Assembly: GCA_046758445.1 (NCBI GenBank)
Contig: JBHIAE010000030.1
Span: 1-33,565 of the forward strand
Direction: 5' to 3'
DNA: 33,565 nt
Source: Candidatus Thorarchaeota archaeon
GTDB taxonomy: Archaea; Asgardarchaeota; Thorarchaeia; Thorarchaeales; Thorarchaeaceae
Shown: piece after piece, positions 18,420 to 27,557 of the stretch
Layout of the letters: each line of letters begins with the position of its first letter
Numbering within the stretch: position 1 is the first letter of the stretch
Translations under genes and position numbers: made by a program
Notes under the pieces: model-generated
Databases searched by the model: none
Told to the model about the DNA's origin: nothing
The model's input: the letters and a program-made list of their open reading frames with translations, nothing else

Positions 18420-19736
18420 TCAGATGACAACACTCTCGATTTCTACTTTCCGTTCCTTCTGACTAAGAGTGTTTGAAGGAATCTTCTTTCCACCATACAA
18501 CTCCGCCTCGGGAAGGCCCCGATACAGTGCGTCAGCAATCCTTGCCATTGCGTCTGCCTTCATAATCCCTGAACCGCTCGCACCTGTGAGCACCAACACT
18601 CCATTCTCCATATACACAAAGGGGATGGCATCAGGACTGTAAGAATAACCTCCGGCCCAGCTGCTCACCGGACGAGCGCCTTCAAAGGCTGGAAAATACT
18701 TGGATAGGACTGGGTAGACACTGTTTTCGTAGTATGAGCTTTCTGGATTTGAATAGTCCTCAGGTTGAATGTAGTCATATCTTCGACCCAGCCTATCTCC
18801 GCACCCTATCCAAAAACCTCGTTCCTGGAGTTGAGGTCTGAAGTAAACGCCTGCAGATGGTAGTATGGTAAATGGGACTGAGTTGAATTCATTGAATCCC
18901 TTTGAGTCGAGAATCTCATGTAGACCCTCTTTTTCTTCTGCATGAACCACATAGATGTGCCGCTTCTTCGCTTTGGTTCGGCTATCCATTCCGATCGGAT
19001 CAAGGAGCTCGTTCGCCCAGGCACCAGTAGCAAGGACAGTCTTTTCAGCCCGAATCATTGCGTCGGAAGTCTTCACTCCTTTCACTTTCTTATTCTGCCA
19101 AACAAAGGGCTCTCCAGGAACATCCAGCTTGGGCTCTGCTTCCAGAAGTAGGCTCTCAACTGTGACTCCAAAGCGCGGTTTCACATTGCTGAGCTTCTTG
19201 AACTCCTCGAGATAATACTCTACGAGTCGGGTGGGATCAAGTGCTCCGCAGTCCCCTCCGAAGAGTCCAAAACTAACTTCTTTCAAGTTCATTAGTTTCG
19301 CCTCCTCATCTCCTGAGAAGTCCACGTTGAGGCCGGGCATCATCTTCTTGAGTTGCTCTTTCGTGAATATCTCGTTGTGAATTCTTGACTCATTCATTCT
19401 GTTGATCCACGTCTTAACGCTCTCACTATTGAACTGAGTATCACTTAGCAGCCAGAGGTAGCCTATCTTCTCGAACATGAGATTGTAGCCGATCTCTTCT
19501 TGTACGTGCTCGAAGTACTTGATTGATGTGTTTGTGAGGATTTGGTTAGTAGACGAGGCAAACATGTTCCTCACAGCTGCAGCGCTCATGGCGGTATTTG
19601 CCTGTCCGGCGGCGGAGAGCCTGTCTAGCAAAAGTATGGTCTTGTCCGGGTTGTTCTTTTGCAGGTAGAATGCAGCGGCAACCCCGATTACACCTGCGCC
19701 GACGACAACAATGTCGAAGGATTCCTCGTCTGACAC
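18420..19736 (-). CDS. FAD-dependent oxidoreductase, DAO/sarcosine oxidase beta/proline dehydrogenase family
   Basis: DIVVVGAGVIG dinucleotide fold, VLATGAWA, WAGGY, SGSGIMKA; GTG 19736 preceded by GGAGG. Confidence 0.9.
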   Translation of the reverse strand: MSDEESFDIVVVGAGVIGVAAAFYLQKNNPDKTILLLDRLSAAGQANTAMSAAAVRNMFASSTNQILTNTSIKYFEHVQEEIGYNLMFEKIGYLWLLSDTQFNSESVKTWINRMNESRIHNEIFTKEQLKKMMPGLNVDFSGDEEAKLMNLKEVSFGLFGGDCGALDPTRLVEYYLEEFKKLSNVKPRFGVTVESLLLEAEPKLDVPGEPFVWQNKKVKGVKTSDAMIRAEKTVLATGAWANELLDPIGMDSRTKAKKRHIYVVHAEEKEGLHEILDSKGFNEFNSVPFTILPSAGVYFRPQLQERGFWIGCGDRLGRRYDYIQPEDYSNPESSYYENSVYPVLSKYFPAFEGARPVSSWAGGYSYSPDAIPFVYMENGVLVLTGASGSGIMKADAMARIADALYRGLPEAELYGGKKIPSNTLSQKERKVEIESVVI

Positions 19737-19821
19737 ATTACAATCCTCCGGAGCGACGACCGCCAAGAATGCAGGCCGCCTAAAACGTTTTACCTTGCAT
19801 CTCATGAATAGAGGACCGTTC

Positions 19822-21048
19822 TCATACCTTGAGAATAACCCGCGGCATCAAACGCGCCACAACGCTGCAGAGCCTCAGTTCCACAGCCTTCCAAAGAACC
19901 TCTTGCCCTCTGTATGTGAACTCCAGTTCACGTGGACTTGAAAAGACCTTCTCAGACTCCTGCCCAGTAGCGTGCTCTGTCACGTAGTATCTGGTCCCTG
20001 TTTCTGTTTCCATTACTCTCTTGATGCCCAACATGCTTGGGAACTTGTATCCTCCGCCGTGGGGGAGAATATTGGCATTGAGGAGCCTATCCTTGACATC
20101 ATACTTCTCTGACCGTTTTGTGAATCCCAGATGCTCAATTGAATCCTCCTCGAGATTCGCATTTCCTGTGGCAAGATACGCGGGAAGGTCTGATCTCAGA
20201 GTGATGGGCAGAATCCTGTTCCCAGCAGTCTTCGTATCCTGACATCCGAGTATGTGCTCGTTCATGTTGATGAGTCCCTGATGGATTGGATTGGAAATCT
20301 CAATGAAGTCATCGAACAACAGCTCTGCCGCTCTTCTTCGTTTCTTCTTGCTCAATTCGCATGCGAAGTCGTTCAGGCCAAGGTACCGCGAAGCATTGTC
20401 ATCTGTCAAGATTCGAACAGGTCCATAGGGCGTATTGACTTCTTCCGCCATTTCACTGAGTACGTTGCTCTTGTGGGAATATAGACCAAAGCCGAACCTA
20501 CTGTCGTTGTCACCTTTCAGCTCAGGAACGGAACCATGAACAATGAAGACATATTCGCAATCGAAATCTTCTGATAGAGGCCGCACCTCATAGATGTCGA
20601 TAAAATGGTTGCCAGTATGGAAATCCCATTCGATACGGATGTCATCCAGCACTTCCTCCCTACTTAGGACAGCATTAACATTCCCAAGGAGTTCATCCAT
20701 TGACGGTGCTTCCTCGAGTCCTCCTACCAGCATTCCACATGCATTCGGCATTGAGTCAAGTATGATGAGGTTCTCATTGCCGTCCCCCCATGATAGTTTC
20801 CCGCCATAACCAAAACCGCTCTCCCATCTTCTCACATTGCGCGTTATTGTGGCATCGGGTGCACCGATGAAAGTGGCCGATGGATCCAAACCAAGATTGT
20901 GCTGTACGTGGTGAATCTTGGCCAAGCCGTACTTCATGTTGGCTCTGCACAGCGAGTCAGCTGCATCCTGTAGACCCATTGAGAAGAGATGGCGTGAGGC
21001 TCGTTTCAGTTTCTCTTAGTTGGTCATTGATCCATAGTTGTCGGTCAA
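19822..21048 (-). CDS. Divergent RtcB-fold (RNA ligase-like) metalloprotein; in-frame TAA at codon 11 if the TTG 21048 start is used (intact ORF from ATG 20979)
   Basis: APD, NACGM, GNHF, VHGS, IHQG, PHGGG occur in the order of the RtcB active-site motifs; TTG 21048 overlaps the upstream gene's TGA. Confidence 0.7.
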
Positions 21049-21710
21049 GCCTCCACCCCATCGGATACCAGCCCCTCTTTCTCAAAGATGTGCTCTATGG
21101 ACAACATTCTCGAAGACAGACGGTCCTCCAGAACGAACACGAAGTCCATCAACTCTTGATGTAAGTCATCGCCTAGCTCACGACTATACTCAAAGTTAAG
21201 CTTGTCATAGTCATCCTATCGCTTATCCATGTACTTGGTCAATATGTGCTCCAAACTACCTGTCTTACCAACGAAACCTCTCATGAGCCCCATCAGGCCC
21301 AACCTGTCCAGCGTATCAGAGTCGAAGACCACTCTCTCCTCTGGGGTCTCGGGAGGTATCATTGATGTTGGTGTGTGGCGTATCACAACACGGCATATGG
21401 AGTCGCGGAGGGCCCCCTCTATGTTGAGACCATCCAGATATTCTTCCGTCAACGTGCCTCCGAAGAGTCCGTGAATGTCAGAGAATACTCGATTTGTCTT
21501 TCCAATGTCATGCATCAAGGCGCCGGCAATGCAGACAAACGGATCGACCTTTTCCTGGATATTCTTAGCGATTTGAATGGCATATCTGCATACAGTCAGG
21601 ACATGAGAGTAGTCGTGGCTATCACTTTCGGCATGAGCAGTCCTTACAAAGTCCTGCATGGTCAGAAGTTTCCCCAGTTCTTGCTCTGTTAGTTGACGTG
21701 AGAAGACCAT
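21045..21710 (-). CDS. HD-domain phosphohydrolase (YedJ-like) interrupted by an in-frame TAG at 21218-21216
   Basis: HDYSH, HDIG, RH, DSDTLD motifs; reading continues in frame past the TAG (DDYDKLNFEYSRELG...) to TGA 21047-21045. Confidence 0.82.
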
Positions 21711-21861
21711 CTCGATTCAGTCTGTCTTTGTACGAAACTTGTTAAAGCTTCGGTGAACGCCAAATCAGCCGCTACGGGCTGCCTTTTTTGGGGTTCGCTT
21801 AGTAGAAAGCACAACTATGATAAGGTATGCTATTAGCACGCCGAACGAGCAGTGAAGACAA

Positions 21862-22626
21862 ATGGCTATGGAAAAAAAAGACCACGATGACCTAGAGATG
21901 ACACTCCTGGTTGGTGCTACTGCAACGAAGCAGTATGCGGTAGGAGTGGTACTCGCTGCTGTTTACGGTGTTAGTGCACTGATTCCTATCAGTGCGTTTC
22001 TTGGAGCTGCTGGGCCGCTAGCTCAGCTTACATTGACTATCTGCATCGCCCCGCTATTCGGGATCTTGCTGGGTCCAACAAGGGGGTTCGTCTTTGGGCT
22101 CATTGGGGGAATCATCACCGCTTTTCTGCCGGGAGTTTCACTCATTGTGCCGACCGTTATTATTGGCCCGGCAATATCAGGTCTTCTTACAGGGTTATGT
22201 CTTGAGCCCTATACGAGAATAGGGTCGACTCGGATACCAGGTCCTATTCTGACTTCCATCTATCTTGCGGGAATCATAGTGCTGTACCTGATTCCAAACT
22301 TCGAAGCCTGGTGGTTCATGGTATACTATGTACTAGCAGCAATTGTTGCAGTTACATTGCAGTTTGAACCATTCAGATTCGATCCATCAAAACAGGGCTA
22401 CAAGAGATTCTTGCAGCTCATTCCACTGGCGCTGGTGGGTACAATCACTGACTTCTCAATGATGACAATGGGCGCTGTGTACATACTCAATCTCCCGGCT
22501 GCTGCATTTGGCTTCGCCATCTTCCCATTCATGCTTGTGGAGAGGAGTGCTGCAACGGCCGTTAGTGCAGTAGTTGCGGTGATAGTCCTGTCCACCTTCA
22601 AGGACTTGTTTCCTACGTCAGACTAG
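21862..22626 (+). CDS. Multi-pass membrane protein, ECF transporter S-component-like
   Basis: APLFGILLGPTRG..GLIGG pattern typical of S-components; ~7 TM helices. Confidence 0.6.
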   Translation: MAMEKKDHDDLEMTLLVGATATKQYAVGVVLAAVYGVSALIPISAFLGAAGPLAQLTLTICIAPLFGILLGPTRGFVFGLIGGIITAFLPGVSLIVPTVIIGPAISGLLTGLCLEPYTRIGSTRIPGPILTSIYLAGIIVLYLIPNFEAWWFMVYYVLAAIVAVTLQFEPFRFDPSKQGYKRFLQLIPLALVGTITDFSMMTMGAVYILNLPAAAFGFAIFPFMLVERSAATAVSAVVAVIVLSTFKDLFPTSD

Positions 22627-22630
22627 GCAG

Positions 22631-23290
22631 TCAGAGTATAGCTATGAGAACGAACCATGCACCCAGAACAACCTGAAACAAACCTACTGCAATGTTTATC
22701 CAGTCCAACCCTCCGACAGTTGCTCTTCTCTTCGCTTTGTCAGTTCCTACCGTGAGAAAAGCCCCCCACAGTAGGTCCGTAGATATATGAGTGAAATACA
22801 CCAACACACCAGCGAGGAACACGGTCCCTACTCCCACTTGTAGCTCGGTCATCAGAAGTGTAACACTGCTCAGCCCGACTCCAAACCACCAGAGCAGGAA
22901 GTATGGGCTCAAGATACTGACAGCCGCTCCCTGGACAGTGGCTTCAAAGACAGTTGAGGTGCTTGGCTGAAACCCGATACTTGATTCAGCGGTAGGGCTC
23001 TCATACCGATATTCCTTCAGGGCCAAGAGTCCAAAGAGCACTATTATGATGCCTCCAAAGCCTACAAGAAGATCAATCGTCATATGGTCAAGCGTCAAGG
23101 CCTGTACGCTGATGATTATGGCCGCAATGATGCCAAGCTCCACTATTGCATGCCCCACCATGGGGAGAATTCCGTGCAACCTGCCTCGCTTGCTTGCCTG
23201 CTGAACCACAGCTGCTGAGAGAGGTCCGGGTGCTAGAGCTCCAGTGAGCGATAGGGCGAACCAGACTGCAAGTATCTCAACAACAGCCAT
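22631..23290 (-). CDS. LysE/RhtB family translocator
   Basis: GALAPGPL, GHAIVE, SPYFLLWW, HISTD motifs; ATG 23290 preceded by GAGGT. Confidence 0.85.
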   Translation of the reverse strand: MAVVEILAVWFALSLTGALAPGPLSAAVVQQASKRGRLHGILPMVGHAIVELGIIAAIIISVQALTLDHMTIDLLVGFGGIIIVLFGLLALKEYRYESPTAESSIGFQPSTSTVFEATVQGAAVSILSPYFLLWWFGVGLSSVTLLMTELQVGVGTVFLAGVLVYFTHISTDLLWGAFLTVGTDKAKRRATVGGLDWINIAVGLFQVVLGAWFVLIAIL

Positions 23291-23459
23291 TCGTAGACCT
23301 CTTCGAGCCCTACGAAGAGTAACAAAAAAGGATGCTGATGCGTCCTTTGTGTACCCGTCCTTTGTATCAATTGTAATACAAATCATAAGAAATCGCCCTT
23401 CTAGAAACTCTTAAGAGTGGTATGACGGGAGGCGAGTGTAATCTCGGAGCTGTGCCTAA

Positions 23460-24617
23460 GTGAAGCAGGTTCAGATCGTAGTGCCTTTCGAGAAGACTGA
23501 GGCTGTCTACGACTTCGTTCTTGACGTTCTTTCGGTCAAGAATGTCATGAAGTTCACGCTCGACAATGCACACCTACTTCAATTCAGGATTCCAGACGAC
23601 GCAGCACTTGAAACCATGGAGAAGCTCAAGTCTCGCGGAGTGGGGGTCGAGTATGGGTTCATAGATATTCTCGACCTGAAGGCCTCTCTTCCAAGAGACA
23701 CTGAGGAAACAAAGGAGACTAGAATCCAAAGAGAGGCTACTCTTGCAGTAGAGGAGATCTATGAGAACGTCAAGGCTCAAGCATCTTTGAGCTTCGACTT
23801 CATTGCATTCACGATATTTGCGGCCGTCATGGCGGGATTCGGGCTTGTTCAGAATAACGTGACCATCATAGTAGCTTCGATGCTGCTGAGTCCCTTGATG
23901 GGTCCTATGTTGGGAATGGCTCTAGGCTACGTCGTACAAGACAGAAACCTCTTTGTGAAGGGGACCATGAACGAGCTGATCTCGCTAGGATTGTCCCTAG
24001 CAGTTGGAGTGGTTCTGGCGTTTCTCCTGGCAGGTTTTGATACGGCACTCATGGGCGCGATCGAGAGAGATGTCATCAATGGAAATGTGACCGAGATCAC
24101 ACGAAGAGGAGGTGTAGGCGCTCTTCCATTCTCATCCATAGATATCGGAATCGCCATCTTCTCTGGCGCTGCAGTTGCCATTTCGGTCACCAAGGGCGAC
24201 ATGTCTTCACTAGTTGGCGTCGCCATATCTGCGGCACTGATGCCCCCTGCAGTGAATGCATCTCTCATGGTTGTATTGGGTCTACTCACGGGTTCCCTGG
24301 TGGGTGTCACAATCGGTGTGAACTCCTTCCTTCTCCTAGCGATGAACATAGTTCTGATTGACATTGCAGCCATTATCATGTTCCGTGTGAAGCGATTGAC
24401 AGTCATAGCAGACAAGTCGGCCACCTGGACTGCTGTTACAGAGTTCAGACACACTCGGTCAAGAAGCCTCTATCACGTTTCTCCGAACGAGCAGGGGGGT
24501 ACTAGGCCGGCTTCAGCCGATGCAGCGACTTTCACTCCAGCACCTGCGGCTGCTCCGACAGAACCAACCTCGCCTGGCCCGCCTCCTGACGAGGACGCCT
24601 CATCTGAGAGTAGCTAG
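23460..24617 (+). CDS. DUF389/TIGR00341 family membrane protein
   Basis: IIVASMLLSPLMGP and LVGVAISAALMPPA signatures; N-terminal soluble domain. Confidence 0.88.
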   Translation: MKQVQIVVPFEKTEAVYDFVLDVLSVKNVMKFTLDNAHLLQFRIPDDAALETMEKLKSRGVGVEYGFIDILDLKASLPRDTEETKETRIQREATLAVEEIYENVKAQASLSFDFIAFTIFAAVMAGFGLVQNNVTIIVASMLLSPLMGPMLGMALGYVVQDRNLFVKGTMNELISLGLSLAVGVVLAFLLAGFDTALMGAIERDVINGNVTEITRRGGVGALPFSSIDIGIAIFSGAAVAISVTKGDMSSLVGVAISAALMPPAVNASLMVVLGLLTGSLVGVTIGVNSFLLLAMNIVLIDIAAIIMFRVKRLTVIADKSATWTAVTEFRHTRSRSLYHVSPNEQGGTRPASADAATFTPAPAAAPTEPTSPGPPPDEDASSESS

Positions 24618-24717
24618 ATGCCGTTGCGAGTAGGTTAATCTCGTTTCGCTTGGCTCTGAAGTAATACTAGCATTCTAGAATCCCCGTCAGGCTAGACACT
24701 ATTGAGGAGACTGTCTA

Positions 24718-24993
24718 TTGGGTACTGCCAAGGGAACCAAGAACAAGCTGATAAAGGGACTCACAGAGCATGATGTTCTGACCTTTGAAGAAGAGAAGAT
24801 GAAATACCAGCGCAGACAAGGTCGTAAGGTGACAGACCTCGAGTTCCTCAGATTCCTGCTGATGTATGCATCTCGCCCAGTCATCTCAGGTAAAGAGGGT
24901 GTTTCGAGACGCTTGATCAGTCAGATTCCAAACTACGACAAGAATGAGAATCCTATTGAGAAACTTCGCGAGAGTGGCCGCGTACAGAGGTAG
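24718..24993 (+). CDS. Small basic hypothetical protein (possible ribbon-helix-helix-like regulator)
   Basis: GAGGAG SD before TTG; strand-helix-helix pattern KLIKGL/FEEEKMKYQ/TDLEFLRFLL. Confidence 0.6.
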   Translation: MGTAKGTKNKLIKGLTEHDVLTFEEEKMKYQRRQGRKVTDLEFLRFLLMYASRPVISGKEGVSRRLISQIPNYDKNENPIEKLRESGRVQR

Positions 24994-24998
24994 TGCTG

Positions 24999-26648
24999 CT
25001 ATCCATAGAATCTGGCCAAGAACTCTTTGAAGTAGGGGCACAGACTGCCCATCCAAAACAGGTTGCCAAAGCAGTCCTTGCTAAGTGCCTTGCGTTCCAC
25101 CCGGCACTCAAAGTTGCGTTCGCCATCAAAGAATACACAGAGGTCGCTCTCAATGGAAGGGTCGTCGTAGACTGTCTGTCTGACCTCCCTCATGGGAGTG
25201 GAGTCAATCGACTCAAGCCATCTGTTGGCAGGTCCAACAATCTCCTTCACTGTTTTGGTCAACTCTGCCTCTGGATCCTCTTCCATTGCCCACTTTGTCA
25301 TAAGTTCGCTCACATCCGCGTTGAATGCTGCCAGAGGGTAACCAATCTCTGCTGAGACCTCTCTTGCTCGACGATATATGTTGATGGCATCATCATACTT
25401 CCCAGTCAGGAAGTTCGCATCTCCGGCTAGGAAGAGAGTGAGCACCAAGAGCTTCTTCATGCCGGCTCCATCGACCAAATCAATGGCTTTCTCGTACATC
25501 TCAGTCGCGGCTACTGTGTTTCCCTTCCGAAGCTCGACGTCACCTAGGTTGGCCGTTGCGATGGCAATACCTCTCATGTATTCTGCTTCTTGACTTATTT
25601 CAAGAGCTCGTCTGTTGTAGGTTTCCATCTGGTCTATCTGGCCGAGTGTCCGGTCTATCTCTCCTACATTGATCAGAGTCCCTGCCAACCCGATCTGATT
25701 GTTGAGCCGCTGCTGGATAACGAGCAACTCCTCGAAGGTATCACGAGCTTCTTGGAGTTGGCCCATGTTGAGTAACATGACACCTTCTACATTTCTAGCG
25801 TCAGCCACTCCCTGGAGATAGCCCATGCTGTCATACTTTCGAATGACGTGATCAAGGATTGCTCTTGCTTTGTCGTACTCGTACAACTCTAAGAGAATCC
25901 TCGCTCTATTGAAGCTGATATCAGTGAGGGCAAGAACGTGATCGAGGTGCTTCGCTGTGTCTTCGGCTGAGTCCAAGCGAATGAGCGCCTCTTCTCGTGA
26001 GATTGACTTGCTCGCGGCATAGGCCAAGACGATGCGGGCTCTCAGAAGTGCTGCTTGGACCATTGTACGAATCTCTTGATCTTTGGCCGAGACTATGGTG
26101 ACCTTGTCAATGCTCTCGGTGGCGATATCTGTGGCGTGGTCAGTGTAGCCCAAGTCTATCAGAACGGAGGCAAGCTGTCCGGCCAACTCTGCAAATACGA
26201 TATACTCCTCGGCCTGCCATGCCTGATTTGTGATGTTTCGAAGGTTGTTGAGCCATCTAGGATCGAGGCTTTGACGGCAATAAGCAGCTGCTGCATAGCC
26301 TCTGGACGCGAGGTTTGACGAACCTCTGGCCAGGATTTGATTGTAGCCATACTTTCCTCGCAGAAAACTTGCCTTGGCACACATAGCAAGAAATGCGGGA
26401 CTCCTATTCTTCCATTCCCCGCTGCCGACGAACTCAAGTAGTACGTCAGTAAAAAGCATGAAACGATCCTTGTCTGACCGACCCTCGAGTGACATCCGGC
26501 TGAACAGCTGTTCCTTCTCTGAAGGCTCCAAGTCCTTCAAATACATGGCGAACTCCGGTATCATCAAATCCTCAGTCAAGGTCAACGTTTCTCCGCGCTT
26601 GAGCAAAGGCTCCCAATAGTTTCTCTCCGACAACCGATTCTGCCGCAT
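24999..26648 (-). CDS. Tetratricopeptide repeat protein with C-terminal four-Cys domain
   Basis: Tandem ~40-aa TPR-like units (NVEG, NVGE, NLGD, LAGD); C-x10-C-x10-C-x10-C tail; start uncertain (26648/26633; the ORF-track start 26789 overlaps the upstream gene). Confidence 0.85.
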   Translation of the reverse strand: MRQNRLSERNYWEPLLKRGETLTLTEDLMIPEFAMYLKDLEPSEKEQLFSRMSLEGRSDKDRFMLFTDVLLEFVGSGEWKNRSPAFLAMCAKASFLRGKYGYNQILARGSSNLASRGYAAAAYCRQSLDPRWLNNLRNITNQAWQAEEYIVFAELAGQLASVLIDLGYTDHATDIATESIDKVTIVSAKDQEIRTMVQAALLRARIVLAYAASKSISREEALIRLDSAEDTAKHLDHVLALTDISFNRARILLELYEYDKARAILDHVIRKYDSMGYLQGVADARNVEGVMLLNMGQLQEARDTFEELLVIQQRLNNQIGLAGTLINVGEIDRTLGQIDQMETYNRRALEISQEAEYMRGIAIATANLGDVELRKGNTVAATEMYEKAIDLVDGAGMKKLLVLTLFLAGDANFLTGKYDDAINIYRRAREVSAEIGYPLAAFNADVSELMTKWAMEEDPEAELTKTVKEIVGPANRWLESIDSTPMREVRQTVYDDPSIESDLCVFFDGERNFECRVERKALSKDCFGNLFWMGSLCPYFKEFLARFYG

Positions 26649-26754
26649 CAAAAGGCTTCTAACAAAACTGTCCGCGAAGCTCTTGACCGGCGTTACCGGT
26701 TGCAGCAACTTGTGCAATTGCAGAAAGACAAGTAGTAGCTCCAGTTTTTGAAGA

Positions 26755-27150
26755 TTACGCAGAGGAACGTAGCCTCTTGTCTGGAGCAACTTTACGTATC
26801 AGGTCAATGAGGTCGTACATACTGAAGGGCTTCTGAATGAACGCACGTGCCCCCGCGGAGAGGACCTTCTCACCGTATCCCTCTTCAAGGTCTGCCATAG
26901 CGACTATGGCAACGGCAGTATCAATGTCCAAGAGATCTTCTATCAGCCTCACGCTCTCTTCGTGAGTGAGATTGAGGTCGAGCAACACAATGTCAGGTTT
27001 CTTTCTGATGCATGTGTCAAGAAGCTCGGCCCTATCCATGACCTCATCAATGACAGTGAAACCTGCGTCTTCAATGGCCATCTTCAAGAGAACTCTGAGG
27101 AATGGGACATCTCCTCCAATGACTACTCCTAGGGTCGACCCAACAGACAA
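26755..27150 (-). CDS. Stand-alone receiver domain protein (atypical)
   Basis: PDIVLLDLNL and FIQKPF retained; acidic pair reduced to GGD; conserved Thr/Ser absent. Confidence 0.85.
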   Translation of the reverse strand: MSVGSTLGVVIGGDVPFLRVLLKMAIEDAGFTVIDEVMDRAELLDTCIRKKPDIVLLDLNLTHEESVRLIEDLLDIDTAVAIVAMADLEEGYGEKVLSAGARAFIQKPFSMYDLIDLIRKVAPDKRLRSSA

Positions 27151-27179
27151 AGGATGTCACCTCTGAGAGTTATCTGGAC

Positions 27180-27557
27180 TCACGTTGCCGTACCTCGGTC
27201 AGTAGCCGCTTTCTCAACCAAGTCAAGCATATGTCTGATGGTGACAGGTTTGAGTCCAAACGAACGGGCTCCTCCGTTCAGCGCCTGGTCTCGTACGTTC
27301 GCATCAGCACTTATGAAGACAATCCGAGCTGTGGGCTCCATCTCAAGGATGTCCTTCATTGCCTCCAAACCATCCTTGTTGGGCATGCGATGATCGAGAA
27401 TGATAATCTCAGGCTTTGGATCCATCTCCCGAAACTTGTTGACCGCCTCTTCACCATCAAATGCATCTGCAACAACCTGGTGACCTTTGATCGCAAAGAC
27501 GTCCTTGTAGAGTCGGTGGAGAATCGCTTCGTCGTCGATGATGAAGATACTGACCAT
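27180..27557 (-). CDS. Stand-alone CheY/Spo0F-like response regulator
   Basis: IIDDE, IILDHRMP, ISA, LKP canonical receiver residues. Confidence 0.92.
   Translation of the reverse strand: MVSIFIIDDEAILHRLYKDVFAIKGHQVVADAFDGEEAVNKFREMDPKPEIIILDHRMPNKDGLEAMKDILEMEPTARIVFISADANVRDQALNGGARSFGLKPVTIRHMLDLVEKAATDRGTAT

Noticed and set aside
26649-26789. Extended N-terminus of the TPR protein given by the ORF track
   Set aside because: Overlaps the 3' end of the receiver gene and reads as non-coding-like sequence
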